Source: the human T2T-CHM13v2.0 reference genome, Homo sapiens
DNA: 64,000 nucleotides
NCBI RefSeq assembly: GCF_009914755.1
Contig: NC_060943.1
Direction: 5' to 3' (one strand)
Shown: positions 1 to 13,794 of the stretch, piece by piece
Layout of the letters: each line of letters begins with the position of its first letter
How positions within the stretch are numbered: the stretch's first letter is position 1
Program-made: the position numbers and the translations under genes
Notes under the pieces: model-generated
The model's database searches: none
Told to the model about the DNA's origin: nothing
Seen by the model: only the letters and a program-made list of their open reading frames with translations

Positions 1-1530
<1,530 letters not shown>

Positions 1531-2280
1531 AAATGATCAAACACCTAGAATACAGTCAAGAGGTCAAGCAGGATGAGATCAGAGAAGTGTCAACTGGATT
1601 TGAGAACATGGAAGTCCTTGATAATCTTGAGCACAATTTTCATGGTGAAGTCAGAGTAGAAGTGTTACTGGGATGCCAAGAAGTACAGACTGTCTGTCTG
1701 TGACTATATATAACTCTTTCAAAAAGTTCTGTGTGAAAAGAAAGGAGCACTAAAAATGAAGCCAGCCATCTTTTAATTCTTATGGATTGGGCTGTCAGTC
1801 TCTTCACCCTCTAGAGTCTATTTTTTTTTTTTTTAATGAATCTAAGCATGCCTTTACTCAATTCAAAAAAAACCTCTGCCAGCTCTTTGCGGCCCTCAAA
1901 ATGAAGTCCTAAACGTGATAATATAACATGGATTCATAATTTAACTCCAATTACCTCCCTTGCCTGAGAGCCCTTGTGGGTAAACTGTCAATTTCACAAG
2001 CTCTTTCTAACCTCCATGTAACATGTTGGTCAGCCTGCTGGAAGTGTCTTCCTTCTCCACCTGGTAAGCCTGTATTTACAACCCATGACTCAGCTCAGAC
2101 ATCCTCCTCACCAGTACCATGCCAGGCACTTACACATCATTCACATCTACACCTCCCCAGTCTTTATTCCTTTAAGCCAGAAACATGAGTATCAGCCTTG
2201 ACTTCCACATCCACTCATGTCTCATCCCCCATAACTGTTCGACAACCAAGGCCCAGCTATTCTACTTTCTCAATAAGCCT

Positions 2281-2665
2281 CCATCCCCACTCTAGACCCC
2301 TCCATATCCCCACTCTAGACCCCTCCATATCGCCACTCTAGACCCCTCCATATCCCCCACTCTAGACCCCTCCATATCCCCACTCTAGACCCCTCCATAT
2401 CCCCACTCTATACCCCTACATATCCCCACTCTAGATCCCTCCATATCCCCCACTCTAGTGCTCTCCGTATCCTGAATCTAGACCCCTCCATATCCCCACT
2501 CTAGACCCCTCCATATCCCCACTCTATACCCCTACATATCCCCACTCTAGATCCCTCCATATCCCCCACTCTAGTGCTCTCCGTATCCTGACTCTAGACC
2601 CCTCCATATCCGCCACTCTAGATCTCTCCATATCCCCACTCTAGACCCCTCCATATCCCCACCTC
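2281..2665. repeat. 23-24 bp C-rich minisatellite (CCCCACTCTAGACCCCTCCATAT)n, ~16 copies, within L2-derived sequence
   Basis: Tandem units read directly. The variant block containing TACCCCTACA recurs at 2411 and 2527 (116-bp higher-order step). Confidence 0.95.
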
Positions 2666-3240
2666 CCTATTCCATCTCCCTCCACTTGTTTTCCACACAG
2701 CAGCCAGAACGAACCTTTTAAAACACAAAGCAAGTCATATTGACCCCAGAATAAAAATCCCTCCATGGCTTTTCATGCTCTTACAAAATGATTCACTGGG
2801 AGACAAAGCCCTGCACCGTCTGAGCCCTGCCAACCTCTCTACCCTGGCTGAGAGTCCACAGGACTCTCCCAGCACTGTGTTCTGGCCACATTGACCTTGC
2901 AGCTCCTCAAAGCCACTGAGTTCCTGAACCGGTTCCCCCATCTCTGCCACCCCTTTCACCTGCCATTCCTTTCACCTTTTACACCCAAATTTGAATGTCA
3001 TTTCCTCAGGAAATAAGCACAGAACAGCAACCTGACCCAGTCTTAGGACACTCTGCAATTCTTCACGGTGCTCACGGCCGCTTCCAATTGCATCTGCATC
3101 CTTATGTGACTATTCTATAAAGCTTCACCTCCCACCTTTAGACTGGCAGCTCCCCGACAAGGGTGTTGGTTTTGTGCACCAGTCATACCCCACCCTCAGC
3201 TGAGAACCCAGCACTCCACACTTATTGAATCAATGGGCAA
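2666..3240 (+). mobile_element. L2 LINE fragment
   Basis: L2-like phrases (CCACACAGCAGCCAGA...CTTTTAAAAC; ends in ...TTATTGAATCAATG). Confidence 0.6.
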
Positions 3241-4531
3241 ATGAAAACCCTCATAATTTGACCTTCTCTAGGCACCGACCAGAATCTGAGTCCTCAACAT
3301 GGAGAGTAAATGTAACCAGGCTCCTCTTCCTTAACAGGAACTCTTACCAGTTCCAGGTACTTGTCTTTCTACCAACTTCTATACCCATAGAGATTGGCAT
3401 CCTCTCTAATTTCCTAAACTCATCAGTTATCCCTTCACCTTCAAATGCTTCAACTGACAGACTATTTTAAAGCAAGAGAAACATAACAGAGTCATTTTGG
3501 TCCTGGACAGAAACCAGTTCTTTAGATTTATATTGCTTGGCTTAATACTGAATACCCAGGGTTAAATGTTCTTGCATGCAATTAGAGATTGTCCATAAGA
3601 TGTCGGAAGCGGCATCTGAGGCACTCTGCTTCTTTATCGAGTATTTAAACTAAGCTTGGCAAAACCAGGTTAACTGACAAATGGTATAGAAACAGGAAAG
3701 TACTTTCAAAACTACAAAACACCAAGCAACATTATTAACATTATGATCGTTGCATTAGCCAGTCTTCCACTTACTAGAGGAATATAAGTCCATTTTTACA
3801 TGGCTAAAAGTAGACTTCTTTAGTGAATGTACTTACATATAGAAAATCCAAAAGAACTATCTGTATCAGACACTATCTGATAGAAGATTTATCTGAAAAA
3901 AATTTTAAATCATACCTATTAATATGAATCCAGGTGTGGGCTTTCTTTCTCATGTAAGGGACAAAGGGTCTGTTTGTACAGGTGGAAATAACTGCCAAAT
4001 AGGCTGAATGGCAGGAACACAAACCCTAGGGATCCAGGAAGCAGCCTCAGAAAACACCTTCTCTGACCAGATACCTCCTTGAAGAAAATGTGTATTAGTT
4101 TAATCAGTGCATACATCATCATCATGGTACACAAACTTCTTTGCTTTCCTTCCTTTCCTCTTTCTGTCCTTTTAGACTCAAATATACCAACCATAAGCCT
4201 TAGCATCCATAACTTTTAAGTCAGTTTCTAAATATACACAAACCAAATTAAGAATCCCCTACCTTTTGTTAACATTTGGGGATACCAGGTAAAAGACAAA
4301 CAGGAATGCTTTGTACTGTACTATTTTTGTTAACTTTTCTGTGAGTTTGAAATTATCCCAAATGATTTAAAACTTTTTTTTAATTTAAAAAGATTATCCT
4401 ATCATTGAATATTTTAAAATATTGCCATGACCAAGTTTACAGTTTGAATTTTAAAGCTGGGTCTAACACAGACCAGAATTACTTCAATTCATCCAAAATT
4501 TCTGGCCACAAAGTTATTTTTATCAACTTAC

Positions 4532-4742
4532 CTTCCTAGCTGACATGCTCAGTTACAAGTTACAAGTGCTGTCTCCAGAATCATCAAACACCACCCAGCT
4601 CCTTCAGGGGCAACTGATGTTCCTTCAGCTCGAGGAGCTCTTTCACACACTCCAAGGTGAAAGTACTCGCTCAAGATTCACAGAGGTATGGCTCAGCAAG
4701 CTGCACCACTGCCTTCAAGGCTGAAATGTCCACATCTGTGGC
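4532..4742 (-). pseudogene. SHCBP1-like exon 4 with stop and frameshift
   Basis: Acceptor CATTTTAG|G. Reads ATDVDISALKAVVQLAEPYLCES*ASTFTLECVKELLELKEHQLPLKEL, then VVFDDSG in another frame. Homology ends at GAGCATGTCAG (4540); donor AAG|GTAAGT at 4531. Confidence 0.9.
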
Positions 4743-4889
4743 CTAAAATGTAAAATAATGTGACTTAACACGTGGAAATCAAAATTAAGCTCCACGTATA
4801 AAACACTACTGACAGCCTGATTTTTTTAAAGCATGCAATAGGGGCAGGGATGCTTCTTCCATTATGGAAGCCTATCCTTCCATAAAGGA

Positions 4890-5450
4890 TAAACATGAGA
4901 GGCCTGGCTTTTAGCTCATGGAACTTACATTGTAATCAAGGGGGTAAATAAACAAGATAGTGATGAGTAGGTGACAGAGAGTAACTAGCAGGGGTGGTGA
5001 TCTGGTTTTGCTGGGATGGCCAGGCGAAGTCACCTCTGCGCTGAGAATGAAAAGGAAGCAGCCATCCAAAGAGCAGGGAAGACGCAAAAGGCCTGTGGTC
5101 GAGAGGGGCTTGGCCACTGAAAGAGCAGAAAGGCAGTCCTTCTTGCTAGAGCCAAAGGGAGGAAACTGGGAGCAGGGGAGAAACAGTAAGTGATGAGGTA
5201 GGAGAGAAAGGCAAAAAGACCAGGACATATAGAGCATCTGGCGCTTGGATTTTACATGTTCTCCAGCACCATGAGAAGCCATAAAGCCAACACGGGACCC
5301 TCGGTAAATGCAATGCATTAGTAGTTTTAAGCAGAGAAATTGTACACTTCTCTTTTAAAACAATGACTTTGACTGCTTTTAGAGAAGTGATGGGGGCAGG
5401 AGGGGTGGGCACTATCATAACCCAATGAAAAGGCCAGAACTTCAACTGAA
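4890..5450 (-). mobile_element. L2 fragment in intron 3
   Basis: Purine-rich, degenerate sequence typical of antisense L2. Confidence 0.5.
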
Positions 5451-6165
5451 GATATCAGCATAATCCAAAACTTAAAAACTCACAAGGAACAGCTGCAACC
5501 CACTGCCTCGTTCATAATCACTGCAGTATGCAATGCCATTTTCTAAAGGAGCTGCAGCAACAACTTGTATACACACCCCCTGGTTTAACATTTTAGCTTA
5601 ACAGGACTTTTTGTGGTTCAGTTAACAAACACTGAGAAAAATTCACAGCTGTAATTGGAGTGCAAATTTAATGTAAAAGGCCCAGTCAGTTGAAAAATAA
5701 GATTGTTTTTACTTTCTGCAATGAGACACATTATCAAAAGATTAACCACATATCTACAAATTTACTAGGCAAAAATGGGATAGTTTTAAAATGCCTCTTT
5801 GGTTTGAGTTACTTAATGGGCTACAACTAAGAAGGTAAAAAATTAATGGAAACTGTTGACTTCATAATTAGGCCTCCTCATTTTTTAAATGATCTCAAAT
5901 ACTTCCTCCACTTCATAGGTTTATAATCCAGTTCCCCTTGTCAAAGGACGCTGAAACTTAAGCCACTTTAATTCCCTGGTAGCTCCTCCTCAGCTGCCTT
6001 TAAAATTTGCGGAACACTTCCTACACCATAGCAATTAGATGTGAAAAACATGCTATTTCAATCAGCTCATAAACTTTAATTAAAAATAAGCACTTTGGCT
6101 CTAAGAGTCTGAAGTAAAGTGCTTATAGCTTGAGACAAATGTCTTAACAACAAAATTAACTTTAC

Positions 6166-6280
6166 CTCAAGCAGCACCTTGAGCACATCATGTGCCAGAC
6201 TGTCCGCCATCCAGATGGCTCAAGGACCTTCTCCAAGAACTCAGCTGTGAATTCCCGTGCCTCAGAGGCCTTGCAGTCAA
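6166..6280 (-). pseudogene. SHCBP1-like exon 3, 1-nt frameshift after ...VWH
   Basis: Acceptor TTTGTAG| and donor GAG|GTAAAG. Reads DCKASEAREFTAEFLEKVLEPSGWRTVWH, then VLKVLLE in a shifted frame. Confidence 0.92.
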
Positions 6281-6439
6281 CTACAAACAAATTAAACACA
6301 GGAAGAAGTGAGAATGCATAAAGCAGAGGGAAGTTAATAAATCCACTTAAATCCATTTTCTCAGAACCAACAACTGGCAATCTGAGGGACTGAGATAGGC
6401 AGTCTGCTTATAAACTAAAAAGATAAAAGGAGCAAAAAA

Positions 6440-6744
6440 GGACAGGCACGGTGGCTCACGTGTGTAATCCCAGCACTTTGGGAGGCCGAGGTGGGCAGAT
6501 CACTAGAGCTCAGGAGTTCAAGACCAGCCTGGGCAACACGGCAAAACCCTCTCTTTAGAAAAAATACAAAAATTAGCCAGGTGTAGTGGTGCATGCCTGT
6601 AGTCCCAGCTGCTCAAGAGGCTGAGGTGGGAGGATGGCTTGAGCCAAGAAGCAGAGGTCGCAGTGAGCCAAGATCGTGCCACTGCCCTCCAGCCTCGGTG
6701 ACAAAGCAAGACTCTATCACCAAAAAAAAAAAAAAAAAAAAAAA
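6440..6744 (+). mobile_element. Alu (AluJ-like) in intron 2
   Basis: Dimeric Alu with J-type GGAGGATGGCTTGAGCC and a poly-A tail. Confidence 0.9.
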
Positions 6745-6777
6745 GCAGAAAAGAAACAAAAAAGAGAACCTACTCAC

Positions 6778-6948
6778 CTAAAATGTAGTCTTGATAGGCC
6801 CTGGATTACTCACAGAGTAAAAGTTGATTTGTTTGCAAAATTTCTAGGTGAAGTGGCTTTTTTCCTTCTGGAATAAAACTTTGTAAACTACAACCTGGCT
6901 CATCAAGACAGTTACAATCACTGCGTGAATCTTCATTTTGAAAGAAAC
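6778..6948 (-). pseudogene. SHCBP1-like exon 2, in-frame TAA at 6806-6808
   Basis: Acceptor TTTTTTTAG|G and donor TTTTAG|GTGAGT. Peptide GFFQNEDSRSDCNCLDEPGCSLQSFIPEGKKPLHLEILQTNQLLLCE*SRAYQDYIL. Confidence 0.92.
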
Positions 6949-7669
6949 CTAAAAAAACAAAAACGATAAGCAGGCACAAGTATCCCAGATACTTCCAGTG
7001 CTCGTAGAGTGCTTCTGTCTTCACATCCTTGCTTGAAATTCCAAACCAACAAGGATTTGAGTATGAATGCTCTATTTATCTCTATTATTGTCAGAAGAAA
7101 CAGCTTTACGAACTTAAAAAATATCTGAAAATCCAAGTTCTACTTAAAAACAGTAAGAGCTTAAGATCTTTCACAAGTTAGGTTTTTGTTGTTATGTGGG
7201 GATTTGGAGGAAAGCAGAGAAATAAGGTTGTTTTTTAATCCAGTGGAAACCACCTAAGTTCTTCTCCCTAGAAGTAACTATCTTTACTATAGTTAGTAAG
7301 TTATAACAGTCAAGTATCTGTTATTTTTTTTTCTCCCAAACACTTCCACAAAGCAGCATTAAAAGAGAGAGCTGATTTCCTATACTCCCTCTCCAACGGG
7401 CTGAAGCCTCTCTTTATTTTCTACAATATCAGTCTGCCAATGGCTCCTCAATAAACAGGGATGAGAGATTCTTAATAATGCATAAGGTTTACTTCACTAA
7501 GACTACTAGGTTCCTCCTCATTAATTTCAATGACTGTGTCTAAGGAAAAGATCAGAAAATGCAAATCACATTAGGTTTGGGCTGTATGTAATTATGTTTC
7601 ATAAGGCATGATTCAGCCAGTGGCGTATCTAATTCTGTGTAATAAGATGTTTTTAAAAAACGAAATGAC

Positions 7670-8144
<475 letters not shown>

Positions 8145-9538
8145 TCAGGCCCCCAGAATTACTTGATCCCACACATGAGACGATCAAAGCAGGCAAGGGT
8201 CTACTACTGTTCACAAACACTGACACGCATGAGCCTTAGAGGGCATCAACACCTTACTGGCTGTGTGACAATCTCTCTGTGCCTCAGTTTTCTTGCCTAT
8301 AAAGAGAAGATAAAAATAGTATGCTTACTTCAATTAAATTAAGAGAATTAAAGAAATTACTTGTTAACCATTTACTACAGTGCCAATTACACAGTATATA
8401 TGTATATTTGTTAAATATACCTTACTTCGGCACCACTCTTTACAGCTATTTTGTTTTTCCAGCTTTACTGAAGTAAATAAAAATATTGTATAATCTAAGG
8501 GGTACAATGTGATGTTTTGATATACATTATGAAATGATTGCCACCATAAAGCAAATTAACATTTCCATCACCTCGCATTTGTGCGCTGAGAACACGTCTC
8601 ACTCTCGGCAAATTTCAAGTACACAGTAGTGTCATTAACTACAGTTACCAAGCTGCACACTAGATCCCCAGAACTTACTCAACTTTGTACTCTTTGACCC
8701 ACATCTTCCCCATTTCTCCCACTTGCAGCCCCTAGCAACCACTACGCTGCTCTTTTTCTCTCAGTTCTGCTTTATTTTCCACATAGGTGATATTATTTAG
8801 AATTTTTCTTTATTTACAGCCACTTTAAAAATATTCCCCTTCGCACAGTGTTTCACTGCGTCTTCACCACAAGGACAGCCACTGGCTCCGTCTTTAGATG
8901 GGAAAACTGCGGCCCGGCGACTTTTGCTAGTTGGAAAGGTGGGTCAGTGGTGGAATTAAGTCACACTTAGGCCTTTTCACTTCGCAGCGGCTCTTTCCAC
9001 TACACGATACAACTGAACGTGTTAAAGTAAAAACGTGACCCAGTTTAAAATGTCGGGGGCGGGGGAACGGAAGCGGGGGGAAGGAATCTACCTGAGGAGT
9101 GAGGAGGCAGAAAGGACCGAGAACAAGGGGACCCGGTTCCATTTCTGGACCCCGTCCGCAGGCTGCTCGCCCGACTTGGGGTCGCTCTGCCCCGGACGAT
9201 CAGGACAGCTGCGTGGGCCCAGGGTTCCAGCTGCCTTTATCTTCGGGAGAGCGAATGGCTCAGATCTCCGCGGAGATAGAGCTGGAAAAGCGGAGCCCTC
9301 GCTCCACAGCTCGCGGCAGTTCCTTGAAGCCCACCCAGGTGGGGAGCCCCTGGCGCAGCCCAACTCTCTGCAGTCTCGGGGAAGCTGAGGCAGAGAGGGA
9401 AGCCCCGCCCCGGGTCCTTCCCGACCCCGACGTCCTGGCCCGCCGAGTCCCAAGGCCCCGGCCCGGGCGCCCCCCGAGGGGCCGGACGCCCAGGCCTCAC
9501 TAGGGAGCGGCTCCTGGCCCGGCCCGGCGGGCGCTCAC

Positions 9539-9622
9539 CTTTCTCCCGGGCACTGGAGCCTCCCTGGCCGCCCAGGTGCACGCGACCCCGAGACTCCGTC
9601 TCCCGGCCACCCAGTCAGGCAC
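9539..9622 (-). pseudogene. SHCBP1-like exon 1 (coding-equivalent part); start codon appears as GTG
   Basis: Minus strand reads AATTTGAA-GTG-CCT-GAC, versus the recalled parent AATTTGAA-ATG-GCT-GAC. It ends GGAGAAAG|GTGAG (donor at 9538). Confidence 0.75.
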
Positions 9623-9710
9623 TTCAAATTCCCGCGGACGGCGCGGCGCCTCTGATTGGACGGGCGGCCGAGCTCGTACCGGTGAGAGCCCCGCCCCGCC
9701 GCCCCGCCGA
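9623..9710 (-). promoter_or_regulatory. Cell-cycle (G2/M)-type core promoter: CHR TTTGAA (9623-9628) with GC-rich CDE-like flank, CCAAT box (9655-9659), GC boxes (~9688-9707)
   Basis: Minus strand reads GGGGCGGCGGGGCGGGG ... CCAATCAG ... CCGCGGGAATTTGAA, the CCAAT + CDE/CHR layout of DREAM/MuvB targets. Confidence 0.75.
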
Positions 9711-10059
9711 GCGCCCCCTCCCGGCAGGCGGACCGCTGCTCTCGCTCAAGTTCTGGCGTGGGGCTGCGCTGGAGCAACTGGGGCGAAGTTGAACTGGGAC
9801 ATCCTTGGAGATGATTTTTGAAAAACGAGCAAGCCATGCCTGGAAATGAGGGAGAGTGGGAAAGACACTGGATTGAGAGTCAGAAGACATGGTGTTTAGA
9901 CGGACTTCGGCCATTCCTAGGGGCACTGCCTTGGGCAAATCATTTCCCCTTTCAGGCGCACCTCACCTGTGCCAGGATGCTGGCACACACACAGTGTATT
10001 TTCAAAGAATGTCAAATGTAGTATTTGTTTTTATTATTGATCAAAGGCAGCTGTAGCTT

Positions 10060-10275
10060 CCAATAATAATGGCTAACATCTACCGAGTACTGTGTGCGAG
10101 ACACCCTTCTGCATGCTTTACCTGAATTACCTTATTTAATCTTCAAAAACCATCCCGTGAGAGAGGAACTATTATTATACCCATTTTACAGAGAACTAAT
10201 AGAGACAACGAGAAGTGAAGTGACTTCTCCGATCTAACTAGGCAAAGCCAGGAGGTGAAATCAGCCAGACTCCAG
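10060..10275 (-). mobile_element. MIR SINE
   Basis: MIR core-like TATTATACCCATTTTACAGA...GAGAAGTGAAGTGACTT. Confidence 0.7.
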
Positions 10276-11691
10276 AAGAAACCCTTTAGTGCCTCTGTCA
10301 GGCCCTCACTTGCCAGGCTGATGAGAGCAACCTGAGATGGCCCAGGTCACCAGGACACCAGGCGGGGTGAGTCCACAGGAGGCCAGGAGCCTGGACATGA
10401 CACCCAGGGCAGCCTTCTCGTAGGGAAATATTTCCACTTAATGCTTTGACGGAAAACCTGGGCTACAGTCTCTCAGATCCCCTACAGCTGAAATAAAACG
10501 GAGCCAGGAGAGGTGATTGTGGAAACCTGCACTTAATTCAGCTAGCTTTGCCAGGAAACAAGATTTCTTTGACTTGTGTGCAGAGTCTGACCTTACATTT
10601 ATTTGTTCACTGAACAAATATTTATTGAGCACCATAAGGTGAAAACACAAAACAATAAAATTAGGACTAACAACGGGCCTTGAGGACTAAGGTAGCTTTT
10701 TCATAATTTTCCCGTTTAACCCTCCCGCCCATAAACCTCACAAGTGGCAGCATTTCTCCTTACCCATTTTCATCATCACTTTAGACAACACAGCTCTCTT
10801 CTTATTCAATTACCAAATATTTCTTCAAACATCAAGATATTACTCAAACCAGTGCTTCTAGAAAATTATTTGAAAGAAACAGGAGGCAACAGGGTCAGAC
10901 AGAATACCAATGCTATTGCAAACTCCATAAAGGAGAAACTATTGATTACATGGGATACATTTGCTAGACACAGCCCTTCTCATTTCCACACCGGTGTCAC
11001 CACATATTCCCTACTTGTTCAGATTCTATCAGAGGTTTTTAGAGTCTCTCCCTAAGTGGAGACCTGTTAGAAGCACATATTTCTTGTGAGTTTTCTTTCC
11101 CTGCCCCTCCATATCCTAAAGAAAGGATTTTTCTTCTTCCTCCTTTTCAATCTCTTCCCTTGTAGCCTATCATAACCTTCTACTCGCCCTAAGGTGGACA
11201 TCACCTACTGCTATTCCATCTTTTTTATATCTTTGCTCTTTTTATAACTACTGGGTCCTTACTGTGTTTAAACATGGGCTCACAAATACCTGCGCTCCCC
11301 CCAAAACCTTCCCAAAGCCCAACTTCAACCCTGAGAAACTGCCCTTTTGCTTCCCTTCTTGGTAGCCCCAGACTTTTCAGTACAGTGCCTCCCTCTCCTG
11401 CTTTCTTGAAGGCCAGCAGCCCCTCCTGAGGCCCCCAACTTCCACCCCACAGCACTGACCTGGCTGACCACCCACCTGTGCTCTTTCCTCCCTTGCCCTC
11501 TGCGTCCTCTCCCTTGATCTCCATTCTAGTTCTCTGACTACAGTACCTGGGTGAACTGTGGTCTGAAAGGATTGAATGAAAAATTCCAGAAATAAATGAT
11601 AAGTTTCAAATTGTGAGCTGTTCTGAGTAGCAAGACTCATTCCTTTGTCCACAAGTGCCCACACTGTATACGCTACCCATCTGGTAGTCAC

Positions 11692-12280
11692 TGTCAAGGC
11701 CGAAGGAAAACTTCTCCTTTACCCTTGAAGGTTTGTTGAAAATCAACCAACAAAAGGCAGATTAATAAGAGAAAAGGCATACAAATGTATTCACATGCAC
11801 GGGGTTGGGGATATCACACAGGATGACCGCACCAGGCAGTGGGGTAGAGGTGGTTGTACACCCTTCTTCTTAGGGCAAAGGGAGGTGAGGAAGTGTGGAT
11901 GATTGAGGGGTATGAGGGGAGAATTCCATGGGCTTAAAGAACATACAATGACCTGGGACAAAGTCTGTTGAGCCCACAGAGCAGACAATGGTTTATGACA
12001 AAAGTCCGTCCAGGGGTATTGAAAAACTCCCGTCTTTCTTCCTGCAATATACATTCAGTTAATTAAAATTCAGGGAAGAAACCCAAGGTAATTGTTTCCT
12101 TCTTTGGTGGGTCAGACTTTAGGCAGAAAAAGGAACTTCAGAGAACTTCATCTGTGCTTTGTGAGAGACAGAGGATTGGAAGACAGGATAGTGAAGGTCA
12201 GAGAGACCTTGAGGCTGCTTCTTCAGCTCACCATGACAAAGCACTGTGGTTTGGGGTATCAGTTTCTGGGCCCCAATATC
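11692..12280 (-). mobile_element. Solo ERV1 LTR (MER31-like)
   Basis: Minus strand starts ...GGGCCCAGAAACTGATACCCCAAA...GAAGAAGCAGCCTCAAGGTCTCTCTGACCTT. Confidence 0.65.
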
Positions 12281-12289
12281 ACTCAGTGG

Positions 12290-12441
12290 CCATCTCAATT
12301 ATCAGATCAAAAAAGCATAGTATAGTATATACAGGGTTTGGTGGGTTTGGTACTATTTGTAATTTCAGGCATTCACTGGGGGTCTTGGAACAGCACAGTG
12401 GGAGTACAGTAGTGTTCCCAAGGATAAGGGGGCACTACTGT
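12290..12441. mobile_element. MER2-like (Tigger family) DNA transposon end
   Basis: TTCAGGCATTCACTGGGGGTCTTGGAA...GGATAAGGGGGCACTACTG-TA terminus. Confidence 0.7.
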
Positions 12442-13794
12442 ACTCTTTCTTGCCCTTGTTTTTCTTCCTGTCTCTCAGATTCTCTAAACCTAGGTGATTC
12501 CCAGGGGCATATACTACAGAAGTCCTAGTACAGGTTATGGTGATTCATGCAAGAAAGTAGATTTGCTCATTTATTTGTCAAATAATAAATATACATATAG
12601 AATAGACTGTGTGCCAGACATTGTTCTACATTCTAGGGTAACAGGGCAAATAAGACAGCCAACATCCCAGCCTGCACATGATGAAAAAGTAAAAAAAAAA
12701 AAATCAATTCACAAGCAAATTTCAATTATAAAAAATGCAAAAAATAAAAGAAATTCAATGATGTGACAGAAAATGAAGGGGGAACAAATTCAGATTTTAT
12801 GCAAAACACTTGATTTTAAACTGTTAGCAACTAATTTTTAAAAAAATTAAATACCATGTAAGCCAGAAAAACTTCACTTCCTGGGCCAAATTGGCCCATG
12901 GCCCACCAGATTGCAATTTCTGTTCCAAGCTCCAACTACTGAAAATGTAGTCCAGGGACCAGGAGATTGTTAGAAATACAGAGCCCCTCCCTCCCTCCCC
13001 AACCCATCCCCCAGAGCTGCTGGATCAGAATCTGTGTTCAACAAGTTCCACAGTCCCCAAGTGACATCATTCACATTTGATGCAAAGGCCTTCAGAACTC
13101 ATGTCTTTCCTGAGGCTGTTTAATTTTCATATTCCTGCTGGAAAACTTGACCTGGGGTTCTTACCTGTGGTTCACCTCCACCTCCACAATGCTGCAAAGC
13201 CACACCTCAGCACAGCCCATCCTCCAGTTTAGATGTCTCTCACCATGTCCCACTCCCCGACCACGGCCTGTGTGGGCTGCCACCATCTCCCCTAGGGCTG
13301 CTGGGGCAGCATCTAGGAAGTCACACTCAAGCCTCCACCTGCCCCAGCCCTTCAGAATTGACTGCTCTCCTCTTGCTGCTCCTGGTCTAGGGGTCTCAAA
13401 CTTAAATATCGAAAGTCTAGACCAAAGACACAAAGCAGAGAAGTGAGTGCTGCTCTTTCTCCAGTGGGCAGGAGATGAGCCAATGTTGCCACGTGGGCCT
13501 TCCAAGAGAAGCCATAAAGCTAAATGTAGTGAGACAATTTCCATATTAAAATGTTAACATCTAGTTTTTAAAAATTCAAACAGTATGCCCACCAAATAAA
13601 ACCTATCTGCAGACCACCAGTTTGAGACATCTAAGACCTAGTCTGCATGGTGCATTGTCACAGAGGCTGTGCACTCTTTGAAGGCAAGAAACGTGTCATG
13701 TTCCTTATTGCGTTGCTGGCACCTACCACTAGGACGGATTTAGTAAAGGGAAAAACTAAATTAATACTGTTTGTATCTGTGTGTGTGTCTGTCC

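Larger units (their letters stand above)
8900..9830. promoter_or_regulatory. CpG island spanning the pseudogene promoter, exon 1 and the start of intron 1
   Basis: Dense CpG and high GC against an otherwise CpG-depleted, AT-rich window. Confidence 0.92.

Noticed and set aside
8927-10021. Many overlapping ORFs in the CpG island
   Set aside because: Expected from stop-codon scarcity in GC-rich DNA; no recognisable protein.
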